A model generated the notes under the pieces. It saw nothing but the letters and a program-made list of their open reading frames with translations, was not told where the DNA came from and searched no databases. DNA of 64,000 nt from Octopus sinensis. Taxonomy: Eukaryota. The DNA lies in contig NC_043013.1 of NCBI RefSeq assembly GCF_006345805.1, forward strand, positions 806,001 through 870,000, written 5' to 3'. Every line of letters begins with the position of its first letter. Positions within the stretch are counted from its first letter, which is position 1. Of the stretch, positions 22,915 to 35,626 are shown piece by piece. The position numbers were made by a program, and so were the translations under genes.

Positions 22915-23454
22915 CATTTATATAAAATTAGATTTCCGCGCTTAAATTATAAATCCGCTTCCACTTTACCATGTTGAAAATTAGATTGAAATCGGGCAAA
23001 AGGTGTCCAACCTAGACCCCCAACTGTCCCCAAAAATCAATAAAATCCCCGTTTTCACACCAAAGCAGCCACTGTAGCGCCCCAAAACGTCTCTCAATCA
23101 ATTTATCACCTCAAGTTACCCCCTCCTGTAAATTTTAATCTCCTTCCAGCCCCATTTAGATCCCTTTTTACATAAAAATCCAATTTGTATCAACGTTCGC
23201 CTTCTTCATTTTATAGATTAGACATATACACCCGGCCTTGCTCGAGATTAAAATAGTTTATTATTGTTTTACTTGTTCCGGTATTATAACCCGATTTCAT
23301 TCTGGTCTACGCGGGCCACATTTTAAAAGATGAGGAATTTTACCCGAGTGGCAATGCATTTCAATTGAGCAAAATTAAAGTTGCCATACAAACTCGCTAA
23401 CACTTTTAACATAGGTGTGCATATTTTCAGCTCAATCCGACCACATATGCACAC

Positions 23455-23511
<57 letters not shown>

Positions 23512-24143
23512 GCATTAAATATGTACATATATACGCATTAAATATGTACATATATACGCATTATATATACATGTCTACACACACACATATATATATACAC
23601 ACATATATATATATAAATATATACACTTTATACACACACACACAATATATAAATTAACACAATATATCTGATTAATAATATCTTTTATGATTGTGCGGTG
23701 GTGGTGGGCAATAATAATTCACCGTCCTAAAAGACTTGTGGCGGGAATATTTAAACTTTTGCGGCTGTCAACGCTTTCTCTCTATAGATATAGACAGAGG
23801 TACAGTGAGAGAGATGGTGGAAGAAAGAGTGACAGAGAGACGGCGAAGCTGTCAAACGTCGTTATAGAGAAAAAGTGAAGGGAAGGGTGGAAAGAGAGAG
23901 ATCGAGGAAGAGAGGGTGATATCCAAAAGAGGGAAACGACAAACACTTGTCAAAGTGTGGATTTTGTTGCCCTAGTAATCACAGCTTTTGAGATAGGGTT
24001 TTCTAACCTAGTCCACTCACTTCCTCGCCTCTTTTTACATGCCCCTGTAAATTTTGGAGCCAGTCCGACGCCATCTAGTGCCCCTTAATCCATTCCAATC
24101 GCAAAATGAGACAAACAAACTTTTCGCATTTCAGCTTTATAGA
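22915..24143 (-). mobile_element. Two adjacent Helitron-like elements (about 22915-23220 and 23219-24143)
   Basis: 5'-like ends TCTAATCTATAAAATGAAG (23220) and ATCTATAAAGCTGAAATG (24143); 3' hairpin ctcgagcaaggccggg followed by tgtctaa at about 23219-23247. Confidence 0.45.
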
Positions 24144-24242
24144 TATTGATCAAATTCGCGTTAATAGTAATAATATGTAAGTGTAGAAGGCGCTCATGAC
24201 GAAATGTGTTCATTCATTAATTTTTCCTTGATTGTTTGTTTG

Positions 24243-24374
24243 CTTGCCTGTATGTATGTATGTATGTATGTATGTATGTATGTATGTATGTATGTATGTA
24301 TGTATGTATGTATGTATGTGTGTGTGTATGTATGTATGTATGTATGCATGTATGTATGTGTGTATGTATGTATG

Positions 24375-24408
<34 letters not shown>

Positions 24409-24545
24409 TGTATGTATGTATGTATGTTGTGTGTATGTATGTATGTATGTATGTATGTATGTATGTATGTATGTGTGTGTGTATGTATGTATGTATGTAT
24501 GTATGTGTGTGTGTGTGTGTATGTATGTATGCATGCATGCATGCA
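24243..24545. repeat. Compound (TATG)n/(TG)n microsatellite
   Basis: Directly visible. Confidence 0.98.
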
Positions 24546-24599
24546 TATATTTCTTCTATTTCAAGGAGATGGTTTCTAACAATGATACAAAGCTCCATC

Positions 24600-25345
24600 T
24601 TTTGCAACATGGATAACAAAGACAGGGTCACGTTTGGAACTTGGGAAAAAGCCTTGCATATTTTTCGTGTTCCGCGAAGAGATTGTATTTGTAATGTGCT
24701 TGTTGGCAGATTGATTTCTTTTCTTATCTACCCCCCCCACCCCGATTTTCCAGATTGTTACGAAGGAATTTACAAGAAAAAAAACAAAAACGAAAAATTC
24801 CAAGGGTGCCACTTATTATTGGTATACTTGTGAATTTCTAATCTGAAGATAGAAGCTGGAAGTTTCAAAGCAGTTAGCCGTAGTCATCCTTTTTTCTTTG
24901 ATTTTCGCGGAGATATTCATCAGACGGTTGCTGACTTCTATGACGGTACTATTTTCTTTTCTGTTCCAAACGATATTCAGCCTCTGATGTTTGTACTTGG
25001 TAGAAGTTTTGGTGGCAGTGTTCCGTCAATATTCTTTGTATTGATGTTTATGCATGTATTCAACAGCAGGAAGATTCTCTGTATTTATTCCAGGACATTT
25101 TTTTTGTTTTGTTTTTTCAGATGGCATTGTATATTGTTTTAGCAACAATGTAGTGTCACATTGGAGGTTGTACCTTGATGACGTTTTTAGGCAGCTGCAT
25201 ATCACATGTGTGATGTCTTTCACAGAAATGTGACAGAATCGACATTTTCGGTTGCATCTTAGGACTCCAGGGGCTTCTTTGGGCCTTTCGTCAATTAGGA
25301 ATTTGTAACAATCTCTTTTGTTATTAAGTGACATCGGGGATTCAA
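24600..25345 (-). mobile_element. Remnant of an RLE-type (R4/Dong-like) non-LTR retrotransposon: CCHC knuckle and restriction-like endonuclease
   Basis: KCRFCHISVKDITHVICSC...RYN.RHDNIVAKTIYNAI...IPIISGTLG...LRGTRKICKAF across frames. Confidence 0.6.
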
Positions 25346-25415
25346 AAAGCTCGTAGAGTTATTTTTCATTGCAGGCAAATAATAGGTTCCCAGAAAGAGG
25401 CAAATTGTTAACACT

Positions 25416-25550
25416 CAGGGGCGGACCCACGAAGGGGGTGCTGAGGGGCACGTGCTCCCAGGAAAAGAAGTGCACCCTTCTAAATAATGCTATTACGCCA
25501 TTTTCTCCTGGAATTGTATTCCCTTCGAAAAATTCCTGGGACCGGCCCTG
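25416..25550. mobile_element. GC-rich MITE-like element
   Basis: Imperfect terminal inverted repeats CAGGGGCGGACCCA / CAGGGCCGGTCCCA. No clear TSD. Confidence 0.5.
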
Positions 25551-25599
25551 ATACTGAGGTCTTGACGAAGGTGGGATGCAGGTTGGCGGTGACACCATT

Positions 25600-26000
25600 G
25601 ACGAGCAATGAATGCTGATATATGAAGTTTAAAGAAGAGGAAATCAGCACGGAAGACAAATCACACAGTGAAAGACTATCAACTACGACCACTGATATGT
25701 ATTGCTTGTGAGCGGACGAATTGATCCGCGTAGGCAGATGGATGATAATCCGTAAGCTTACTGCAAACTGGACAATGGCCACAATGCATTACAGAAGAAA
25801 TGAAAGACTTCAAGTATCGGAAAGTGTGTGACATTCAGTTTGAAAGCGAGAAAGTTAGAAGTCTGCTTTGACCAGCTTGAAACATTTGAAGCCAATAGAA
25901 ATAGGTTTTTTCTCCCGATTGGGTGACAGGGAATGAAGCAGGCGCTTAGTCCATGGAATGGAATCAAAATGGTTCGTTGACTGCTCCTCAGAGAATATAT
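25600..26000 (+). mobile_element. Degraded mariner transposase remnant
   Basis: FKEEEISTEDKSHSERLST...DELIR...YRKVC, resembling the mariner second HTH and linker. Confidence 0.5.
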
Positions 26001-26429
26001 AACTGTGAAAGAAACATAAAAACGTAGATATGTTCCTTCTATTGTTTTGATGTGCGTAAAAGAAAGATAAAGTATCCTGATGGACCATTTTATGTTTGTT
26101 GACCGCGTTTCGGAGAAGACACGTCTGGTTTTATTCTCCAAACACTAGTACTTAATATTCAGCTGAATTATATAAAGTAGTCGTAAATTGGTTTATCACT
26201 GAAGTGAACAGCTTAATTTGACGACTCGTCATTAATAAAACAATATATATTTCATGAACAATAGAGAATCAGGAAACTGCTGTTCTTTTATTCATCCTTG
26301 AAAATCATACAAGGAATGTGTTTACATTTTCATATTTCTTTTTTAACACACACACACACACGTATGTATATAGTCTTTTATTTGTTTCAGCCATGCAGCT
26401 GCGGTCATACTGGCGCACCACAGTGTGAG

Positions 26430-26542
26430 ATGCTTACAACACCTAAGTTTTCAGTGGTCTCACCCGTCTAAGTACTAACTCGGTACGACGTTGCTTAACT
26501 CCGGTCATCAGATAGAACCGGTGCATTCAACGTGATATGGCC
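26430..26542 (-). pseudogene. 5S rRNA-derived sequence (first about 6 nt missing)
   Basis: ggccatatcacgttgaatgcaccggttct...agttaagcaacgtcg..ttagtactt.ga.gggtga...gtgttgtaagc follows the animal 5S consensus with several substitutions. Confidence 0.9.
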
Positions 26543-27026
26543 ATATATATATATATGGAAAGCGGATAAAAAAAAGAAATATTTTTTATCGACTTTCCAT
26601 GCTGGGTTCAACGGATCGACAGAGTCTGAATCAGTACTTATTAGGAGGCACTGCTCTCCCAGACGAAGCAGACGACCATATTTTGTACGAATCATTTATG
26701 GCCTGGGGTTTACCGCTGGATGGCTTTCCAAACACCAACAAATTTACAGAGTATACTCAATGCATTTTTTTTCTGGGTGTGAGCACTGGAAAAGTAGCCA
26801 TGTTCTCGACGAGACGAAAAGAATCCCCTTGATACCATGTCTCTGCTTGTTCATTAATCCCTTTAGAGAATGTTCTGGATGGATTTATAGAGGCATATAG
26901 TGCCCTGTACCACAAATATCTGGGAGTCCTTACCATTCTGCAACATGTTTGTTCTCTTAGGGTGACGTGACTGAGGGGGGAGCAAGAAATTAGTGGTAGA
27001 CAAGGAATGAAAGAGGTGTGTGTATA

Positions 27027-27057
<31 letters not shown>

Positions 27058-27284
27058 ATTTCTAGAAGGCGTGAGATTAATGTGTGGTAATAGAAGTTGA
27101 TAGTAGGAGCGGCTGATGGCTGTCAGTACGTGGTGGCCTGCGATATGGAAGACGAAAAGGGTAATTGTGGATCAAGCTCGGAATGGGCGAAAGAGGAATG
27201 GTGAAGGTGAAATGTACGAAGCGTCATAAATCCAATGTAGCCCTTGATGGGTATGAGATGTCAAGTGATGAATGGGTATGTATG

Positions 27285-27315
<31 letters not shown>

Positions 27316-27738
27316 GTAGAGAGAGAGAGAGAGAGAGAGAAAGAGAGGGCCAGCCCTAAGGTTGCTGGCGCCCCGGGCAAGCTGATGATCGTGGAAATCT
27401 CCTTGTCTTTGTCACGCCCCCTAGGACATAGCACCCCGGGCGACTGCCGAGTTACCTTCAGCCAGCTCTGTACACACACACACACACATATTGGGCATGC
27501 TGGAGCACCCAGCTTCAAGTGTTTGGTCGGACAAATCCAGTCCACTACTTATCTTTTAAGTCTGGTCCTTATCTTATCGGTCTCTTTTGCCGAACCACTA
27601 GGTTACGGGTGACGTAAACAAACCAATATTAGCCGAGAAGTAGTGTGTGGTCAAAAACAAACTCACACAAAAAGTGCTTCCTAACGGGATTGAACCCGAG
27701 ACCATGTGGTTGAGAAGCAAACTTCATACCATACAACC

Positions 27739-27795
<57 letters not shown>

Positions 27796-28179
27796 AATCC
27801 AAAGCTTGAAAGAGACGGGTTTCCGTTAGAGGTCTGCGGAATTTTAAGTCGCATGGAACTGGATCAAACTGTTTCAAATAATACATATACTCAATTTTGT
27901 ATATGCGTAGGTAATTAAATACCTTACAACAGCACAAGTGATGTGGGTGTGCATATCGGTTGAAACATTTGTAGAATTGTAAGATATTTAGTTACCTAAA
28001 CCTATATATGGTGTGTTGATTTTATTTTTTAATTGTAGTCTCAAATGTTTTCTTTGATAACTGTAAGTATTAGGGTTGGTTTGTTCCTAAACTCTTAAAG
28101 GTGGTGCCCCAGCATTGCCGTAGTCCAAAGCCTTGTGAATGGATTTGGTAGTCGGAAACGGAACCCCATCCCGTCGTAT

Positions 28180-28230
28180 ATATACATACATACATACATA
28201 CATACATACATACATACATACATACATACA

Positions 28231-28266
<36 letters not shown>

Positions 28267-28344
28267 CATACATATATACATACATACATACATATATACA
28301 TACATACATACATACATATATATATATGTATATATATATATATA

Positions 28345-28378
<34 letters not shown>
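28180..28378. repeat. (CATA)n/(TA)n compound microsatellite
   Basis: Directly visible. Confidence 0.98.
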
Positions 28379-28381
<3 letters not shown>

Positions 28382-28903
28382 TTTGCAATTAAGGACAACT
28401 ACTTAATAAGGAAAACTTAACAAGAAATTGTCAGGTAGATAGCGTAAAAACCTCATAGAGAAAAAATTTCGAAAATAATTATTTCTTATTGAACATATTA
28501 ATTTATATATAGAGGGCATAATTATACATACATGCCAGGAGGCATTATATATACCTGCCAAACGCTAAGAGGGACAATCAGTCATTTCTACCAAAAATAT
28601 TACTAATCCCACCGAATGCAATTTTTCAAAGTAAGACATTTAAAAATCAGTTAGCTGTTCGGCTTAAGCGAGGCAGGGTCGTTGTTTATTTATAATACAT
28701 TCAGGCCTGCTGATGATTACGTAAGTATGAAATCACTGTGATACAGGCCTATATATTTTTAAATGTCTTACTTTGAAAAATTGCATTCGGTGGGATTAGT
28801 AATATTTTTGGTAGAAATGACTGATTGTCCCTCTTAGCGTTTGGCAGGTATATATAATGCCTCCTGGCATGTATGTATAATTATGCCCTCTATATATAAA
28901 TTA
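28379..28903 (+). mobile_element. Second (TA)n-flanked fold-back element with a hammerhead in the loop
   Basis: 149-bp inverted arms 28499-28647 and 28755-28903; the spacer contains the ribozyme motif. Confidence 0.7.
28703..28750 (+). ncRNA. Type I hammerhead ribozyme motif, stem II closing pair mutated
   Basis: AGGCCUG-CUGAUGA-U UAC(GUAA)GUA U-GAAA-UCAC(U)GUGA-U-A-CAGGCCU: perfect 7-bp stem I, with U/U instead of G10.1-C11.1. Confidence 0.7.
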
Positions 28904-28913
28904 TATATATATA

Positions 28914-29635
28914 CAGGTATACATCGCCTTAAGTTGTTCTCGATCATATGTCGGTTTTCAAAAATAATATATGAAAGATAAAAATCAAGTTAAGTTATTT
29001 TACTCGACTTTATTGTTAGGCGCCATTGTCATTCGTGATTCCCGCGATTGTTTTGAATTCAGATCTGTTTACGCCTCTTTATCGTCTGCTTTCTCATTCT
29101 CATTCATTTGCGACTTTATTTTTTTGCCCCATGGCTCTTAAGAAAATTCAGAGTGAAAGTGCTAAGCGTCATGCTATAACGCTGGAAGATAAACTGGCTG
29201 TGATAAAACGCCATGAAAAAGGTGATAAAGTGGTAGCAATTGCACGATCCTTTGGGATGAGTCGGGCAACTGTATCGACGATTGTACATAAGAAGGACAA
29301 GATTTTTAGCACCTATCAAATCTAAAGCCCCGGGGATGAAGAGCACTGTCATCAATAAGAAAAGAGGCAAAAATCTTCGAAGAAATGGAAATTCTTCTTT
29401 CTCTTTGGATTGTTAGGTTGAATCGTCAGCGTGCTACTATTAGTCAAGAAATCATTCAAGAGAAAGCGTTGTCTTTGTTTGAGGACCTGAAGAAAAAAAT
29501 ATTCAGATGAAAAGGATGTAGAGTTCAAGGCAAGTCAAGGATGGTTCATGAGATTTAAGTACAGAATTGGGAATGGTTATTATTGGATAAGCTAGAGACA
29601 ACTTAATTCGACTTAACGTAGGGTAAAAGTATACC

Positions 29636-29637
<2 letters not shown>
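28914..29637 (+). mobile_element. Internally deleted pogo/Tigger DNA transposon; transposase 5' part starts at 29131
   Basis: TA|caggtatac...ttaagttg and caacttaa...gtatacct|TA ends. MALKK...AITLEDKLAVIKRHEKG...SRATVSTI...EMEILLSLWI...QEKALSLF...FKASQGWFMRFK resembles CENP-B-type HTH domains. Confidence 0.85.
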
Positions 29638-29667
<30 letters not shown>

Positions 29668-29785
29668 ATATAATATATATATATATATAATATATATATA
29701 TATATATGTATATAATATTAATTAGAGACAAAACCACTATTTTGCAAATCAAATATAATTTGCAAATCAAATATAATTTTGTATA

Positions 29786-29832
<47 letters not shown>

Positions 29833-30098
29833 GTCTGTCTTTACATTGAGTTCAAATTCCATGGAGGTCGATTTTGTCTCTCATCCTTTCTGTGATCGAT
29901 AAAATCAATACCCGTTGCATACTGGGATCATCGATGTAATCGACTAGCGCACCTCCCCATTGTGCGTATTGCTGCAGGGGATGTGTGTATACATGTATTT
30001 TTTATATATATGTGTTTGTGTGCATATATAATACTGTACACTTCGGATAATACACAGATGTGCGTGCGTGTGTGTATATATATATATACATATATACA

Positions 30099-30307
30099 CC
30101 GGGTGGCCCAAAAATAGGTTTACAGTTATTCAACCATCTCCTTCGCATTCATATATTGACAGTTTAGATCTTAATTATAAAAAAAATTTGAAACCATTAT
30201 TCCATGTTTAGTTAATTGTAAGATAGAAATTTAAATGTAATAAAATGTTTTAAAAGAAAATTAAAGTGCCAACGTGATAACTGTTAACCTACTTTTGGGC
30301 CACCCTG
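30099..30307. mobile_element. Tc1/mariner-type MITE (209 bp)
   Basis: About 31-bp TIRs c(c/a)gggtggcccaaaa(a/g)taggtt(t/a)acagttat; TA at the right end. Confidence 0.8.
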
Positions 30308-31107
30308 TATACATAGACACATACATCAAGCAAATTCTACATTTCTTCTGGTTTGGTAAATAAGGAGGTCCCCGTTTAAATAGATGAATTAACAGAATTT
30401 TTAGAAGGGTGAACTAAGATGCCTTGGAGTATCTGTACCCGTACTTTGGGTTTCGCGTTCAAATTCTGCCCGTCATCTTCAATTCCTCGTCGTTGCGGTA
30501 AACTGGTGCATCGAGATTCAGCTAACATCAATAGGCCTCCATTGCGAGAGAGAAGAGAAAACGTCGATTGCTGCAACATGTCGTTAGCACTACTAAGGAC
30601 ACGATGACCCTGCACACAGAGCGAGATAGACGATAGGACAGTGTACACACACACACACACACATGTACACTTACATTATATTTATATATGTATATCGGGA
30701 TAGGAGATTGCTCTGAAATTAGATGCTTGACTGTACTACACACCCAGGCAGACTACACAGTCAAGCAAAGAGAAGGCTGACTATGAGTGTGGAAAGTGGT
30801 GCAGGGGGAACACCGAAGACTTCCTTAAAAGGAGACGTTAGTTGGCATGTGTATTAGGAAAGGCAATTTTATTTTGATCAAATTACCGTACTTCTAAATA
30901 TTATAGCAATAGAAAATGGGGAAATGCTAATGAAATTAAATTGAAGATTGTTCAATAAATGTGCAGCTAAAAATAGATTTGTGGCAATTAAGATCTCGTC
31001 ATCGTTTGAGTGATCTCCCTTGTTTGGCCGATCCGTTTCGGTGAACGAAGAAGCTTTCAGAGTTGGAAGCCGCCGCCGCGAGTGGAAGAAGAAGAAGCCA
31101 GATCGAA

Positions 31108-31464
31108 ATGCCGAAGGAAAATCCTGCGAGTAAGCCAGCGGCATCTCAGCCACCAGCTTCTCCTTCTCGTTCTGCATCTCAAAACGAAAATGAAACACCA
31201 AAAGAACAACCGAAGAGTGCTTTCGAAGATACGATGGTATTGTCCTTGGTCCAACGATTCTTCAAGTCGGCCGTCGTTACCTTCGGAGTGTGGCTGGTCG
31301 GATATTTCAACTTCAGTTTCAGCTGGTTATTACTGGGACTTGTTGTGTACGGTTGGAGAGAAAGATTCACCCAGGTCCGAGATATGCAAATAGAAATTTC
31401 GCAGACTGCGGCCCGTGACGAGAAGAAATCTATCCTGGCCCGTGTGGAAGATCTACCATCCTGG
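31108..31464 (+). CDS. Esyt2: Extended synaptotagmin (E-Syt2-like), coding exon 1: N-terminus, hairpin transmembrane segment, ...ARVEDLPSW
   Basis: ATG at 31108; hydrophobic VVTFGVWLVGYFNFSFSWLLLGLVVYGW; conserved LARVEDLPSW; donor TGG|GTgtgt. Confidence 0.92.
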
Positions 31465-34225
31465 GTGTGTATGATTTATGTTTATAATCCATTTTATTTA
31501 TTGATTATCTTTAGGTTTTATTTGGACCTTCAATTTTTTCATTGCGTTATCGCATCCTCCCCTCAGAGGTCCCATCCTCCCCAATAAAAGGTCCAAAGTT
31601 TATATCACGAACCTCGAAATCTGTTCATGATTGGTTCAAGAGAACTTTCAACACAGTTGAACACGTTTCTCTTTTAATGCAACTCTCAAGTTTTATTTTT
31701 CTGCCAATGTCAGCGAAACTCTTGATGCAACTGGAATATTTATAAGAGAAGCTGCTCTTAACTTTGCTGAATGTCTTCTAGTTTGATTATATCGATTACC
31801 TGACATCTGTTTGCACAACTTTCTACGAGTTCTCAACTTTAACAACAATCATTAATTAATCATCTTTCCAGTTTTATTTTGCATTATCTTTTAATTTGTT
31901 TATATTTTCTAACCCTAACCCATCCGACGCATCCCTTTCATCTCTTTCGACTTTGATGCAATAAAGATTCGTCGACAGAACTTTTTGTTAATAAATAATT
32001 ATCACTTGCAACTCGCATTCCCTAATGTTGAAGGAAAGAGTCCTTTTATTAGATGTGAAAACTCCTTTTAGGAACTTCCCGAGCTGCTCGATCAGCCTCA
32101 CGTTTCTTTTCTGTCAAGATTACAAATATTTATGAATGTTTACTGCTTCACTTTCAAATCTGTGTTTGGCCAAAATAGGTTTTGTCGTTTTTGTTATTGC
32201 ACCTGCCAACTAACCGTTTAGGTGCCTTACTTTAGGAAAGATATTAGTGCCACAAATCCACGTAAATCTGAGAGAAATTTCAAGTTTTGTTTTCATGTCA
32301 GAAATAATCATTCTGTTTATTATAGAAATAGAATCGCAGAAAACTGTGAATTTGTCGTTAATGTCCTTGGGAATAGATAAATGGTAGGAATCTTAAACCC
32401 CATTTCCTTGAAGATCTCAGATTACACACCTATATAAAAAAGAAATAATTAGTTGTGCTTGTTGATATCAATATCATAAGCAGTTGTTGCTGTTGTGAAG
32501 CAGTTTGCCTTCAGCGATTCGCAACAAACCGTCCATCTTAAACCCCGGGTGGAAACCGTGTCTCAACTAAATTCTCCTCTGTAAATTTTCTTGTTTCTTT
32601 TGATGAATTCCTTGAATATCCATTATTTATTTTAAAAGATTCTTTCCGCTTAAAAGAGTAATTGTTTTGGTATCTAACTAAAATGCCGCAGATTTAAAGT
32701 TTGGGGGTTGAAGTTGCGAACGGAAATATTGAAAGTTTGTAACATGACGTCAGCCAGCAAGGTGATAGTAATTTCATTTATTCACCATTAATAAATACCG
32801 ATGAATAAATTGTGAGTTGAAGCTCGAGTTTCGATGAAACACTTGGCATTTTTCGTCATACATCTTCCTTAAAAGAGAATCGCTTCAGGTCATCTAAAAG
32901 TAACATCTCACTGGCAGGGCGTGGTTGCTTAAAATGCAAATTTACAGACAACCTATTCATTTCTGCGTTAACCCTAATAGAGTATTTCTATTTTGTCTGT
33001 ATAGAATTTATTGTATTCAGTCTGTTGTACTTTACCAGGGAATAATAGAAATATAATCACCAAGAGGTGAACGACAGATAATGTTTCTAATCCCTGTCTC
33101 TCTCTCTTTCGCCTACTTTGCAATCATTACCTGAATATCACTCACTACCTGCTCCTCATTCTATTATTATTATTATTATATATTAGATGCAAAACAAGAA
33201 AATAAAACAACGAAAAAACACAACGAGAAGAAAAAAAACTTACTTTCTAGAGACTGCTGAACATTTTTACAATGACTGAAATATTTATAAATAAGAATGT
33301 TTCTTTGATGCGATGTTTTAGTGTTTTTTCTCTTCTTTTGTCACATTTAAATGGTAGTTTTAGTTGTTTAGCTCCAGGTTAGTTCTGATTGAGCAAACCG
33401 ATGAGTAAAGAGGTTCTGACCTTAATAACTAAGATTACATTTGGTAATATGCCCTCTTACATTTTATTTCATTCAATTTAGACGGTAGGGTGGAATTCGA
33501 GGGAGTTTGGCTATTTCTAGCAGTTTGAGCGACCGCATAGGCGTTTCCTCGTGTCCTCAGCGCGCGAGTGCGCGTTTTGGGAAAGAAATGCGAAACTTAA
33601 AAACATTTCATTCCACTTTCTTACATTTGCAGGTTTGTTGTTATTTATAGAAAGGCAAAGGACTTTTAGCTTTGACAAAGAAAAAGGATATCATTTAAAT
33701 ATTTCCATACAACATTTTATGAATTACTCATAAATAGATTATTTTGACCTAATGACAAATAGAAAGTTTTCATGGGTTTCCTGTATAAAAATGTTAAACT
33801 TTTCGCTATGTTTCGATATAACCCGAAAGATTGCCTAACTTCTAATAATTTCTTACTAATACATAATCAACAGTTATGAGAACTCGAATATAGATAGGAA
33901 ATTGAATTGAATTTAAAATTCATTACATCCAGAACAGCATCTGAAACGTATATTTTGTGATGATTATCTTCATTTTGACCGACTCACAAACACTGTACAA
34001 ACCCTGGTTCACAGACTTCATGTCTCTCCTTCACACTGTTGATATTTTTACTATTGCAATGGCTTCTGCTTTCCTCAGCTAACTCATTGCAAACCACCAT
34101 GTCCACCCGAAATACTCTTCTCTTCGTGTTACCCATTCCCTCTCACTATTCAGGCGCCCTTCCTGCTAACCCCTGCACTCGATCTTTCCACCGTAGAATT
34201 CCAGCAGACTACAATTCTCTTACCG

Positions 34226-34296
<71 letters not shown>

Positions 34297-35304
34297 TATT
34301 TCCGTAGACATCAGCTAACAAACGTTCGAGCTGAATGCCAATGATATCGATCTTAGAAAACCTGCAGTGTGTACGGGTACAGTTCCATTCTCGTGATTTG
34401 AGGCAGAAAAACAGTTTCTTTGTCCTGAAAATAAAAAAAGAAATTCTACATTGTTCGGCTCCCCCCCCCTACTATTTCTCTATTTCCTCGACTGACATCA
34501 AAATAATGACATTAATATGGACGAAGCCAACTCAGAATTCCTTGCTTAAAATACTTATCGTCGTCTCCGAGCTGCTGCTGCTGCTTTTCCTACCACAATA
34601 ATATTGATTGATTCTGTTGAAGCTCATAGACAACTTTTGCTATGTCAAGACTATCGTTGGTCCAGGAGGTCTGGTAACAATCTGTAGAATCAGAAGTACC
34701 AAGATCTAGGTAGGAGCCAGGAAAAAAAAAGGGGTGGTGGTTCCAGTTATTCGGTTAACATTTAAAATTGATTACCTTGCATATAAACTTAAAATTTAAT
34801 CAATAGACACTATCAGGAGAGTAGTCTTAAAATCAGGCGTGGCTATGTGGTAAGATGTTCGTTTCTCAATCATATGATTTGGGGTTCAGTCCCACTGCAT
34901 GGTACCTTGGGCAAGTGTCTTCTTATTAAAGCCCTGTGGTGATCAAAGTTTTGTGAGAAGCGTTAGTTGATGGAAACTGAAAGAAGCCTGTCTGTGTGTG
35001 TGTGTGTGCATATATATATGTAAATAAGTATATATATTCGTATGTGTGTGCATGACACTGTCTCCTTGCTTTGACCATCATGTGATAGTCGTGAGTGTCA
35101 CTGCTATGCAAGTGACACTCTTCAATTCCAGTCATCTTTGAGAACATGTCTGGCCCTTGGGGAAATATTACCCTACTTGGAAACAAGTGAAGTTTGGCGA
35201 CAGGAAGGGCATCCCTCTATAGAAAATCTGCCTCAACTAAATTACCTCCAACGCATGTGTGCAGGGGAGTTTCTTTATATGTCATGTAGATAATAATAAT
35301 AATA

Positions 35305-35510
35305 ATGGTTTCAAATTTTGCCACAAGGGCAGCAAGGAGGAGGGGGATGACTTGATTACATCGACCCCAGTACACAACTGGTACTTAATTTATTGACCCC
35401 TCAAAAGGATGAAAGGCAAAGTTGACCTCAGCAAAATTTGAACTCAGACTGTAAGAACAGACAAAATACTGATAAGCATTTCGTCCAGTGCACTAACGAT
35501 TCTGCCAGAA
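35305..35510 (-). mobile_element. SINE family B
   Basis: Reverse complement of the family B body (ggatgaaaggcaaagttgacctc). Confidence 0.75.
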
Positions 35511-35626
35511 TAATAATAATAATAATAATAATGAACTTATTGGCTACAGTGTTCATGTGAACAGCAATTCATCAAAAAGATTAGCCAAAATTGCATGGAA
35601 AGTACATAGGAAGTGAACAGTGAACA

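Noticed and set aside
24194-24833. HTYI/MYVC-repeat ORFs (also 28070-28420, 23415-23657, 29603-29830)
   Set aside because: Translations of (TATG)n/(TA)n microsatellites.
31063-31107. N-terminal extension MEAAAASGRRRSQIE of the E-Syt ORF, and read-through past 31464
   Set aside because: The track starts at a TTG; the first ATG is 31108. Sequence after 31464 is intron.
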